Of a stretch of 64,000 nt of DNA, positions 9,490 to 17,937 are shown one piece after another (within the stretch, counting starts at the first letter, position 1; each line of letters begins with the position of its first letter). The stretch covers positions 2,752,001-2,816,000 of the forward strand of contig OY968762.1 of the NCBI GenBank assembly GCA_963695225.1, given 5' to 3'. A program made the translations under genes and the position numbers. The DNA comes from Vulcanimicrobiota bacterium. Its GTDB lineage: Bacteria > Vulcanimicrobiota > Vulcanimicrobiia > Vulcanimicrobiales > Vulcanimicrobiaceae. The notes under the pieces were generated by a model, which was given only the letters and a program-made list of their open reading frames with translations, did not search any database and was not told the DNA's origin.

Positions 9490-10994
9490 ACGGCGTGCGA
9501 GGCGTTGGACGACAGCTCGGATGGATCGCCGCGTTCGCCGCGTGCCTCGCGGTGGCATTGCTCGGTGGGCTCGAACCCGCCGCCGCGGCCTGCGATTCGA
9601 AGATCTACGGCGTCGACGCGAACGGCGCGCTCTACGCGTTCACGCCGCCGTCGTACGCCGCGACGCGCCCCTCCGGGAACCCGACGGTGACGTTCGGCAC
9701 GATCGCGCGCGGCGTCTATTCCGGGAAGATCTACGTCGTGGAGGGGACGAACGCGAATTCGCGCTTGTTTGCGTACGACTTGTCGACGAACACTCAGACG
9801 CAGGTCGGCACGTTCGCGAACTCGTCGTTTCTGTTCGCGTCGGGCTTCGGCATCAACGGGACCGCCTACGCGCTTTCGTCGACCGAGACGTTCTCTTACA
9901 CCGATGCGCCGACGCCGGTCATCACGAAGCTCGGTGCGCCGCAGACGACGAGCGGCCCCGCGATGAGCGCCTTCACGGGCGGCGATTTGGCGGTCGATCT
10001 CAGCAACAACGGGTGGGTCGTGATGTCGAATAACTCGACCCAACTGAGCTATCTCTACCGCGTCACGTTTGGGACGCCGACGCTGCTGACGCCGGTCGCG
10101 CAAGTTACGCTCAACGGAACTTCGTACGCAGAGGCCGATCTCTATTCGCTCGCGTTCGGCGCCGACGGGACGCTCTACACCACGAGCTGGGACAACGGGA
10201 CCCTGTTCTCGATCAACCTGACGACGGGCGCCCTGACGTCGCTCGGGCCGCAGCAGAAGATGGAAGATTTCGCGAGCTGCCCGTTCGCACCGCAGCCGTA
10301 CTTGTCGAAGGCGGGGCCGACGCAAACGGCGGCGGGCGAGTTCATGTCGTACGCGATCGTCGCGGCAAACTCGGCGAGCGCGAACGTCACGGCGACCGGC
10401 CTATCGCTCGCCGACACGGTTCCGGCCGGGATCGCGATCGTTTCGGTTTCGTGCAGCACGGCGAACGGAGCCGTCTGCTCCGGGGCAACGTTCTCCGGCC
10501 AGCAGGTGACGGCGACGGTGGGCAAACTTCCGCCCGGCGGCTCGGCGACGCTCACGATCAACGCGAAGAACGTCTCCCTGCCCCTCGGGACGACGACTAA
10601 CACCGCGACGATGACGTCGGGGAGCGGTTCGCCGTATACCGCAGCGGCCATGACGCTCGTCGTCGCGAACACGGTCGTGAAGACGGTCGCGAACGTCACG
10701 CAGGGAACGGCCGCGACCGCGACCTCCGATACGGGGAATCCCGGCGATACGCTGGAGTACGTCGTCACGTATACGAACATGACGAACGCCGCGCTCGCAG
10801 CCTTCAGCTTGAAGGATCAAGTCCCGCCGAACATGACCTACGTCGCCGGCTCGGCGGCGTGCGTGACGACCCCGAGCGGCCTAACCTGCACGCCCTCGGG
10901 CCCGGCGGGCGGCGTGCTGACCTGGACGTTCACCGGCGGTTCGCTCGCGCCGGGGCAAACGGCCACGGTCAAGTTTCGGGCGAAGATCAACTAG
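9486..10994 (+). CDS. Secreted protein with beta-propeller-like head and two DUF11 domains
   Basis: GTGA overlap, signal peptide. Blade-like repeats (GDLAVDLSNNGWV, SLAFGADGTLYT). DUF11 motifs DTVPAG and PGDTLEYVVTYTN..DQVPPNMTYV..LAPGQTATVKFRAKIN. Confidence 0.75.
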   Translation: MNGVRGVGRQLGWIAAFAACLAVALLGGLEPAAAACDSKIYGVDANGALYAFTPPSYAATRPSGNPTVTFGTIARGVYSGKIYVVEGTNANSRLFAYDLSTNTQTQVGTFANSSFLFASGFGINGTAYALSSTETFSYTDAPTPVITKLGAPQTTSGPAMSAFTGGDLAVDLSNNGWVVMSNNSTQLSYLYRVTFGTPTLLTPVAQVTLNGTSYAEADLYSLAFGADGTLYTTSWDNGTLFSINLTTGALTSLGPQQKMEDFASCPFAPQPYLSKAGPTQTAAGEFMSYAIVAANSASANVTATGLSLADTVPAGIAIVSVSCSTANGAVCSGATFSGQQVTATVGKLPPGGSATLTINAKNVSLPLGTTTNTATMTSGSGSPYTAAAMTLVVANTVVKTVANVTQGTAATATSDTGNPGDTLEYVVTYTNMTNAALAAFSLKDQVPPNMTYVAGSAACVTTPSGLTCTPSGPAGGVLTWTFTGGSLAPGQTATVKFRAKIN

Positions 10995-11001
10995 CCGCGC
11001 G

Positions 11002-11379
11002 TCAGTCGCGCGCGATCACGTCGATTTCGACGGCGGCTCCGCGCGGAAGGCCGGCGACGGCGACCGTCGTGCGGGCCGGCAAATTCGTCGCGAAGAACTC
11101 GCCGTAGACGGCGTTGAACTCGGCGAAATCGTCCATGCTCGCGAGGTAGACCGTCGTCTTCACGACGTCGTCGAGCGAGAGATCCGCCGCTTCGAGCACC
11201 GCGGTGACGTTCTGCATGACGCGCCGCGTTTGCGCCGTGATGTCCCCTTCGACGAGTTGGCCGGTGGCGGGATCGAGCGCGATCTGCCCGCTGCAGAACA
11301 GGAGCTTCCCCGCGCGCACGGCCTGGCTGTACGGGCCGATCGCCGCGGGAGCTTGGTCGGTGGCGATGCGATGTGTCAC
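11002..11379 (-). CDS. ridA: RidA/YjgF family enamine deaminase
   Basis: APAAIGPYSQAV, CSGQIALDP, PARTTVAVAGLPRGAAVEID. GTG start overlaps the AKR stop. Confidence 0.92.
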   Translation of the reverse strand: MTHRIATDQAPAAIGPYSQAVRAGKLLFCSGQIALDPATGQLVEGDITAQTRRVMQNVTAVLEAADLSLDDVVKTTVYLASMDDFAEFNAVYGEFFATNLPARTTVAVAGLPRGAAVEIDVIARD

Positions 11380-12428
11380 ACGTCCGCGGTTTCGCGCCTG
11401 GTCGGCAGGTCCTCCCAGCGCATCGTCCCCTTGTAGCTCATCGGCGGCTCGACGACGCCGAAATTCGCCTTCGCGAGTTCGGCGACGCGCGCGAGCTCGT
11501 CGGGACGCAGGCGCGGCGTCTCGGGAGCCCGCGCGAACTCGGCGAGCTGTTCGCGGTCGTAGATGTTCGGCAGGACGGACATGACCTTCGGTTCGGCGAG
11601 GAGCCATTGGATCGCCGCCTGCCCGAGCGTCCGATCCGGCGTGACGAGAAAATCGAGCGTCTCGATCTTCTTCAGGCCGTTGATCAGCCACGAGCGGGGG
11701 CGATGGATCCGGTGGTCGTTGCGGTCGAACGTCGTCTCGGCCGTGAACTTCCCCTCGAGCATTCCGCTGGAATGCGGGACGCGGATCAGGTATCCGGTAT
11801 CGACCGAGGCCTCGCGGGAAGCCTCGACCATCGCATCGCCGGGGTGCTGTTCGAGCATGTTCCAGATCATGTGGATGCTCTCGAGCCTGCGCTTCGCGAC
11901 CATCTCGCAGCCTTCCACGAGCCAGCCGATCGCAGGGCCGAACGCGGCGCCGTACATCCGGATCTTCCCCTCGGCCTTGAAGCGCTCGAGGAGCGCGAAG
12001 AGTTCGTCGTTTTCGACCTCCGAGAGCCTCGCGTTGTGGATCTGGTAGATGTCGATCGTCTCGGTTTCGAGGCGGCGCAGTGATTCTTCGAGCGCACGAC
12101 GCACGTACGCCGGGGAGAAGTCCTGCGCGATCGCCTGCTGCCCGCGCCGCTCGCCGCCGTGGCTGTAGAAGTCGTATCCGAACTTCGTCGCGTAGACGAC
12201 GTCGCCGCGCCGGCCGCCGAAGGCCCGGGCTAGCTGGGTCTCGCTCCGTCCGTTCCCGTACGTGTCCGCGGCGTCGTAGAGCGTGATCCCGAGTTCCAGG
12301 GCTTCGCGCAGGAGGCGGACGGCTTCGTCGTCGCCCATGTCCCCCCACCAGCCGGTCGAGGTCGTCCAGAGCCCGAAGCCGACCTCGCTGACGGTCACGC
12401 CGGAGTTCGGGTACGTACGATACTTCAT
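11376..12428 (-). CDS. Aldo/keto reductase
   Basis: MKYR..VSEVGFG, YDAADTYGNGRSE, ATKFG, EESLRRLETETIDIYQIH. Confidence 0.92.
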   Translation of the reverse strand: MKYRTYPNSGVTVSEVGFGLWTTSTGWWGDMGDDEAVRLLREALELGITLYDAADTYGNGRSETQLARAFGGRRGDVVYATKFGYDFYSHGGERRGQQAIAQDFSPAYVRRALEESLRRLETETIDIYQIHNARLSEVENDELFALLERFKAEGKIRMYGAAFGPAIGWLVEGCEMVAKRRLESIHMIWNMLEQHPGDAMVEASREASVDTGYLIRVPHSSGMLEGKFTAETTFDRNDHRIHRPRSWLINGLKKIETLDFLVTPDRTLGQAAIQWLLAEPKVMSVLPNIYDREQLAEFARAPETPRLRPDELARVAELAKANFGVVEPPMSYKGTMRWEDLPTRRETADV

Positions 12429-12505
12429 GCCAACCTCACTCTGAAGGAGAAGGAACGTCCGGCGCAGCCAGGGCGTCACACCGAGGACCGAAGAGGGGAA
12501 TTGGA

Positions 12506-12706
12506 TTGACGATCGCCGCGCTCCATACATTCGCGGGGCGCCCCGTCCGCGTGCGGCTCGACGACGAATCCGAGCACGTGGGGCGCCTGCGCACGGATCT
12601 GCTCACCGAGCGGTCCCTCTCCGTATACCTCGCCCGCGACGGCGACGACGGTACGACGCTGTACATAGACCACATCATCGGGGTATGGCCCATTTCGGAA
12701 CGGTGA
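12506..12706 (+). CDS. Small hypothetical protein, possible Sm/LSm-like fold
   Basis: 66 aa, TTG start with purine-rich RBS, natural composition. GRPVRVRLDDESEHVGRL resembles an Sm1 motif. Confidence 0.5.
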   Translation: MTIAALHTFAGRPVRVRLDDESEHVGRLRTDLLTERSLSVYLARDGDDGTTLYIDHIIGVWPISER

Positions 12707-12804
12707 CCTAGCGCACGAGTCATTCCTACTTTTGACATTAGGGACAACTTCTGCCCGCCCGCGCCACGCGCCTCGCGCAGGTGAAGGACTAAGCTCCCGG
12801 CGAG

Positions 12805-12823
12805 TTCGCTCGCTCCGCTCAGG
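12805..12823. repeat. REP-like dispersed repeat (partial copy)
   Basis: Reverse complement matches 26771-26789 at 18/19 nt. Both copies are intergenic. Confidence 0.55.
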
Positions 12824-12878
12824 AAGAGGGGCAGAGGCATTGAAAGAGTGCGTTCTCCGGCGTTCGAAACGTTGCCCC

Positions 12879-14306
12879 ATGCCTTCCGACGATGTTGATT
12901 TCGCGCGCGTCACGGCCTGGATCGAGAGCTACCTGAAGGACGGCCGCGAGTACCCCGTGTTCTCCCGCGCGAAGCCCGGCGATCTGATCCGCGCGCTGCC
13001 GGAGACGGCCCCGGAAGGGCCGGCCCCGTTCGAGGATATCTTCGCCGATTTCGAACGGCTGATCGTTCCCGGGATCACGCACTGGAATCATCCCCGTTTC
13101 TTCGCGTATTTTGCAATCAGCTCGACGCAGGCCGGGGTTGCAGCCGAAGCGCTCGCCGCCGCGCTCGACGTCAATGCGATGCTCTGGCGCACCTCGCCCG
13201 CCGCGACCGAGCTCGAAGACGTCGTGCTCGCGTGGCTGCGCGAGCTGCTCGGGCTCGACCGCGGCCTGCACGGGATCATCTACGACACCGCCTCGATCAG
13301 CGGGTTTACCGCGCTCGCGACCGCGCGCGATGCGCTCGGCCTCGAAATCCGGGAGAAGGGGATGGCGGGGCGAGCCGATCTTCCTCCGCTGCGCGTGTAC
13401 CTCACGCACGAGACGCATTCGCACATTGAGAAAGGCGCGATCGCGCTCGGGATCGGCCGCGAGAACGTCGTGCGCGTCGCGGTCGACGAGCGCTTCCGCA
13501 TGATCCCGGAGGCGCTCGAGAACGCGCTGCGCGAAGATCTCGCGCGGGGCTTGCGCCCGATGTGCATCGCCGCGACCGTCGGGACGACGTCCACGACCTC
13601 CGTGGATCCGGTTCCGGCGATCGCCGAGATCGCCAAGCGCTACGGCGTGTGGCTGCACGTCGACGCGGCCTGGGCCGGGCCCGCCGCGATCCTCCCGGAG
13701 TTTCGCTCGCTGCTCGACGGTTGCGAGCTCGCGGATTCCGTGACCGTGAACCCGCACAAGTGGATGTTCATCCCGGTCGATCTCTCCGTGCTCTTCGTGC
13801 GCGAGCCGGAGCGGGTGCGGCGCGCGTTCAGCCTCGTCGCGGACTACCTCGCGACGCCCGAGACCGGCGTGCGCAACTATATGGATTACGGCCTGCAGCT
13901 CGGGCGGCGCTTTCGCGCGCTCAAGCTGTGGTTCACGCTGCGTCACTTCGGCGCCGCCGAGATCCGCGCGACGCTGCGCGGGCACATCGCGCTCGCGCAG
14001 GAGTTCGCGAGCTGGGTGGAGGCCGAGCCCGATTGGGAAATCGCGGCGCCCCATCCGCTCTCGGTCACGTGCTTCCGTTTTGCGCCGAAAGGCGTCTCGC
14101 CGGAGACGCTCGACGCGTGGAACGCGCGCATCGTCGACGAGATCAACGCGAGCGGCGAGGTCTTCCTTTCGACGACGAAACTGCACGGCCGCACGGTTCT
14201 GCGGCTGGCGATCGGCAACGCCCGCACCACGCGCGAGGACGTGGCGCTCGCGTGGCGATTGCTGCGCGAAGCCGCCGCCCGCCTCGGAGCGCCCGCCGTT
14301 CAGTAG
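12879..14306 (+). CDS. PLP-dependent group II decarboxylase (aromatic-L-amino-acid decarboxylase-like)
   Basis: PGITHWNHPRFFAYF, SPAATELE, WLHVDAAW, NPHKW (PLP lysine), LGRRFRALKLW. Confidence 0.92.
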   Translation: MPSDDVDFARVTAWIESYLKDGREYPVFSRAKPGDLIRALPETAPEGPAPFEDIFADFERLIVPGITHWNHPRFFAYFAISSTQAGVAAEALAAALDVNAMLWRTSPAATELEDVVLAWLRELLGLDRGLHGIIYDTASISGFTALATARDALGLEIREKGMAGRADLPPLRVYLTHETHSHIEKGAIALGIGRENVVRVAVDERFRMIPEALENALREDLARGLRPMCIAATVGTTSTTSVDPVPAIAEIAKRYGVWLHVDAAWAGPAAILPEFRSLLDGCELADSVTVNPHKWMFIPVDLSVLFVREPERVRRAFSLVADYLATPETGVRNYMDYGLQLGRRFRALKLWFTLRHFGAAEIRATLRGHIALAQEFASWVEAEPDWEIAAPHPLSVTCFRFAPKGVSPETLDAWNARIVDEINASGEVFLSTTKLHGRTVLRLAIGNARTTREDVALAWRLLREAAARLGAPAVQ

Positions 14307-15652
14307 ATGCGCAGGTAGGCTTCTCGCTCCCAAGGATGCACGGCGCGCCGGTAGCGTTCGTATTCGGCGAGCTTCGCGTCGCGGAACGCGTGATAGATGT
14401 GGTCGCCGAGCGCGCCGCGCACGATCGGATCCGCATCCAGCTCCACGATCGCCTGACGCAGCGATTTCGGGAGCAGGCGGATGCGCCGCTCGCTGCGCGC
14501 GCGGTCGGTGAGATCGTACGTCGAGCCCGTCAGCGGATCGCCCGGGAGCGTGTGCTGCCGGATGCCGTTCGCCATGCTCGTGACGAGCACGGCGAGCGCG
14601 AGATACGGATTGCAGGAGGGGTCGGCGCTGCGCACTTCCAAGCGCGGGCGGCCGGGATCCTCGGAGGGGATGCGCACGAGCGAGTTGGCGCTGCGATAGG
14701 ACCAGGCCGTGTAGATCGGCGCGTCCCAGGCGGCGACGAGGCGCTTGTACGAATTCACGAGCGGGTTGCAGATCGCGGTGAACGCGGGCGCGTGCGCCAG
14801 CAAACCGCCGATCGCGAAGAGCGTCTCTTGGTGCAGCTCGCCCTCGGCGAGCGGCGCTTCGTCGATGCCGGCGGAGCTCGGCAACGTGAAGTAGACGTGG
14901 ACGCCGCTCCCGGCAAGCGATTCGAGCGGCTTCGGCATGAACGTCGCAAACAGCCCGTACGCGCCGGCGATGTGCTTCGCGGCGATGCGCGCCGTGATCA
15001 GGCTGTCGGCGGTCGCGAGGATCCCGGCGTCCTTGAAATCGATCTCGTGTTGTCCGGCCCCGTGCTCGTGATGCGCGCTCGCGATCCCGATGCCCATCGC
15101 CTCGAGGGCCGAGACGATCGCAATGCGCGCGTCTTCGCCTTTATCGATCGCGGAGTGATCGAAGTACGAGCCGCAGTCGGAGCTCGGCGGGCGCGGATCC
15201 CCGGCGCCCTCGAGCTCGAACAGATAGAACTCGAGCTCGAGACCGCTCTGCACGCCGCGCAGCACGTCACGCGAATCCTCGATCACGCGCTTGAGCGTCG
15301 TGCGCGGGCAGCCCTCGAACGGCTCGCCGTCCGCCGTCACGATGTCGCAGATCAAGCGCGCCTCGACGGCGCCTCCGCTCGACCACGGCGCGACCGCGAA
15401 CGTCGCGGGATCGGGCCGCAGCACCATGTCCGCTTCTTCGCCGCGCACGAAGCCGTCGATCGAGCCGCCGTCGAACGTGACTCCGCCTTCGAGCGCGCGT
15501 TCGAGCTCGCCGGCGGGGATCGTGACGTTCTTGCTGACGCCGAGGATATCCACGAACGTCAGCCGCACGAAGCGCACTTCGCGCTCGCGCGCGATGCGCA
15601 GGATGTCGCGCTTGTTCGGCGCTTTCTTTTCGTTAACGTGCGTTGAGTGCAT
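14300..15652 (-). CDS. Glutamine synthetase type I family protein (divergent; possibly a gamma-glutamylamine ligase)
   Basis: FDGGSIDGFVR, ELEFYLF, HHEHGAGQHEIDF, TFMPKP, NSYKRL, LEVRSADPSCNPYLA. Confidence 0.85.
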   Translation of the reverse strand: MHSTHVNEKKAPNKRDILRIAREREVRFVRLTFVDILGVSKNVTIPAGELERALEGGVTFDGGSIDGFVRGEEADMVLRPDPATFAVAPWSSGGAVEARLICDIVTADGEPFEGCPRTTLKRVIEDSRDVLRGVQSGLELEFYLFELEGAGDPRPPSSDCGSYFDHSAIDKGEDARIAIVSALEAMGIGIASAHHEHGAGQHEIDFKDAGILATADSLITARIAAKHIAGAYGLFATFMPKPLESLAGSGVHVYFTLPSSAGIDEAPLAEGELHQETLFAIGGLLAHAPAFTAICNPLVNSYKRLVAAWDAPIYTAWSYRSANSLVRIPSEDPGRPRLEVRSADPSCNPYLALAVLVTSMANGIRQHTLPGDPLTGSTYDLTDRARSERRIRLLPKSLRQAIVELDADPIVRGALGDHIYHAFRDAKLAEYERYRRAVHPWEREAYLRIY

Positions 15653-16847
15653 CGATCGCCATCGCAGTCCGGAGCGTGAGTTGGTCGTGGGGGCTGTCCA
15701 GATCGTGTCCGCTGATTTCGGCGATCTGCCGCAGGCGGTAGAAGACCGTGTGGCGATGCACGCTGAGCTCGGCGGCGGCTGTCTTCACGTTTTGCCCGAC
15801 CTCGAAATACAGGCGGAGGGTGCGGATCAGCTCGGTCTGGTGCTTCTCGTCGTAGGCGCGAATCGGCGAGAGGATCCGTTCGCTGAAGTCGCGCCATTCA
15901 TCGGCCCCGATGCCGCCGCGCATCAGCAGCGGGTAGACGCCGAGATCTTCGTACGGCATCACGCGCGAGCCGCCGAAGAGCCGACGCACGATGAAGATCG
16001 ATTCCCGCGCTTCCTCGACCGTCCGCGCGGCGTTGATCGCATCGGTCTGGCGGCCGACGCCGCCGACGACCTTCAGACCGAAGTGCGCCTTCGTCGCAGC
16101 GCGCGGAATCAAGGAGGCGGCGGTGCGGACGTTTGCAGCATCGACCTCGAGCGGCGCGGGACAGAGGAACACGAAGCCTCCGCCGCGCTCGATGACCACG
16201 ATCTCGCCTTGCCCCGAGCGAAGCGTCTCGTGGCAGATCTTGCGAAGCTCGGCGTTCTTCGTGGCCGCCGTCGCTTCGTCGAGCACCTCGGCCTCGACCG
16301 CGACCGCGACGTACCCGGCGGCGAGCGAGATCCCGCGCGAGGTCGCGTCGTCCTTCGCTTCGATCGGATCGTCGTAGGCGCGCGCGAGCAGCCGGTCCCA
16401 GAACGAACGCCGCCGGTTCTTCCCGCCCCCGATCTCGCGCGAGAGCTCGACGGCGATCGACGATGCGGTCAGCCGGATCGGCCCATGCTGCTCCTCGTCG
16501 AGCGGGGAAGCACCGTTCGGGAAGATCGCAAGCCAGCCGAGCGGCGCGTCGCCGGAGCGGATGCGGGCCGCGAGCGCCCGCGAGCCGTCGGGGGCCTGGA
16601 ACGCGACGAGCGTATCCCCGGCCGGCGCCGATTGGAGCACGTCGCGCGTCGAGGCCGGGAGCGTTCGCGCGCCGGAACCTGCGAGCGCGACGTGCCGCCA
16701 ATCGACGTCCTCGACGAGAACCGCGGCGTTCAAGTGGGTTGCGAGGTGCGCCGCGAGCGCCTTCGGGCCGCCCCCGGTGCAGGCGATGCGGGAAAGCTGC
16801 TCGGCGAAACCGACGAGATCGTAGAGCGCCTTGTCGCTCACGCGCAT
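15633..16847 (-). CDS. PucR/CdaR family transcriptional regulator
   Basis: C-terminal YDEKHQTELIRTLRLYF..AAAELSVHRHTVFYRLRQI HTH, preceded by a GGDEF-like region. Confidence 0.9.
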   Translation of the reverse strand: MRVSDKALYDLVGFAEQLSRIACTGGGPKALAAHLATHLNAAVLVEDVDWRHVALAGSGARTLPASTRDVLQSAPAGDTLVAFQAPDGSRALAARIRSGDAPLGWLAIFPNGASPLDEEQHGPIRLTASSIAVELSREIGGGKNRRRSFWDRLLARAYDDPIEAKDDATSRGISLAAGYVAVAVEAEVLDEATAATKNAELRKICHETLRSGQGEIVVIERGGGFVFLCPAPLEVDAANVRTAASLIPRAATKAHFGLKVVGGVGRQTDAINAARTVEEARESIFIVRRLFGGSRVMPYEDLGVYPLLMRGGIGADEWRDFSERILSPIRAYDEKHQTELIRTLRLYFEVGQNVKTAAAELSVHRHTVFYRLRQIAEISGHDLDSPHDQLTLRTAMAIDALNAR

Positions 16848-16900
16848 CGCGTCTCCCCTCGGAACGGACGCGCGAGCGTCCGAGTCGAACCTACGGACCG

Positions 16901-17266
16901 ATGCTGATTGAGACTGCCGTTCATCCTCTGCTCGCTACGCATTACGCCTTTGGTCTCCTGGTCGTCGTCGCCGCGGCGGCCGGTATCTTCTCGCGGCCCG
17001 TGCGGCGTCTCGTGATCTACGCGCTCCTGATCCAGATCTCGATCGGAGCCGTGGTGCTGTTCACCCACCACAGCGTGCCTCCGGGCCATTGGGTCCTCTC
17101 GCTGCTCGTCGGCGGCGTCTACGCCGCGGCTTCGATCGTCGAGAAACGGGGAGGGTCCGCGCGCCTCGTTACGACCCTCGCCGCGGTCGGAGCGCTCGTG
17201 ATCGCGGTGATCTTCTATTTCGGGCAGGAAGCAGCAAAGCACGCTCAAGGGGTCCTGACCGGCTAG
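16901..17266 (+). CDS. Small membrane protein (~4 TM)
   Basis: ATG 16901 inside ORF 16463..17266; four hydrophobic segments; fills the intergenic gap. Confidence 0.7.
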   Translation: MLIETAVHPLLATHYAFGLLVVVAAAAGIFSRPVRRLVIYALLIQISIGAVVLFTHHSVPPGHWVLSLLVGGVYAAASIVEKRGGSARLVTTLAAVGALVIAVIFYFGQEAAKHAQGVLTG

Positions 17267-17288
17267 GAACGATTCCTGCGGCCGAGCG

Positions 17289-17930
17289 TTACACGAATTC
17301 GCCCGCGAGCCGTGCCAGCGTCGCAGAGAGCGCGCTGACGACCGGAATCCGGCTGCGGGCGCCGATTTCCGCGGCGAACGGGTCCATGCTGTACTGCGCG
17401 AGGAACAGGCAGTCGCACTCGCCCGCGGCGGCGCTCGCCTCGGCGAGCGCCGCGCCGTACCGTGCCGGATCGTCCGCGAACGCGAACGAGTTTTCGGCGA
17501 GCAGCGGACGCAGGCCGATCTCGCGCCCGGAGCCTGCGGCGAGCGCGCGCAGGTGCCGGGCGATCACGTCGCGCGAGGGCGGGTAGCTGACCGCAAGCGC
17601 GATCCGGCTCCCTATCGCGAGCGCCGCGCGCGCGCCGGCATCGTCGGAGCGTTCGACCGGAAGCCCGAGCGTCTCGCCCAGGCGCGGCGCGAAGCCGTTG
17701 TAGACCGAGCACGAAAGGACGATGCGCTCTTCGCGGCCGTGCAGGCGCTCCCGCACCGCGTCGCGCAACCGCTCGAACGCCGCGTCGTCTTCGGCGAAAT
17801 CTGCGGCTGCCGGATCGACGAGCCCCGCGATCAGCGCGTGCTCCACTTCGAATGCGGCGAGCGGCCGGCGCGCGAGCGCCGCTTCGACGGCCGAGCGCGA
17901 GACGGCCGCGGCATGGACGAAGAGGATCAA
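17289..17930 (-). CDS. Asp/Glu/hydantoin racemase-fold protein
   Basis: FVH start, VLSCS, PVERSD, FLAQYSM, IPVVS. Starts 7 nt after the transporter stop. Confidence 0.6.
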   Translation of the reverse strand: MILFVHAAAVSRSAVEAALARRPLAAFEVEHALIAGLVDPAAADFAEDDAAFERLRDAVRERLHGREERIVLSCSVYNGFAPRLGETLGLPVERSDDAGARAALAIGSRIALAVSYPPSRDVIARHLRALAAGSGREIGLRPLLAENSFAFADDPARYGAALAEASAAAGECDCLFLAQYSMDPFAAEIGARSRIPVVSALSATLARLAGEFV

Positions 17931-17937
17931 CGCCGGC

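Noticed and set aside
12718..12746. AT-rich GTCATTCCTACTTTTGACATTAGGGACA, reminiscent of an IS end
   Set aside because: No partner inverted repeat or transposase seen; could simply be promoter sequence (contains TTGACA).
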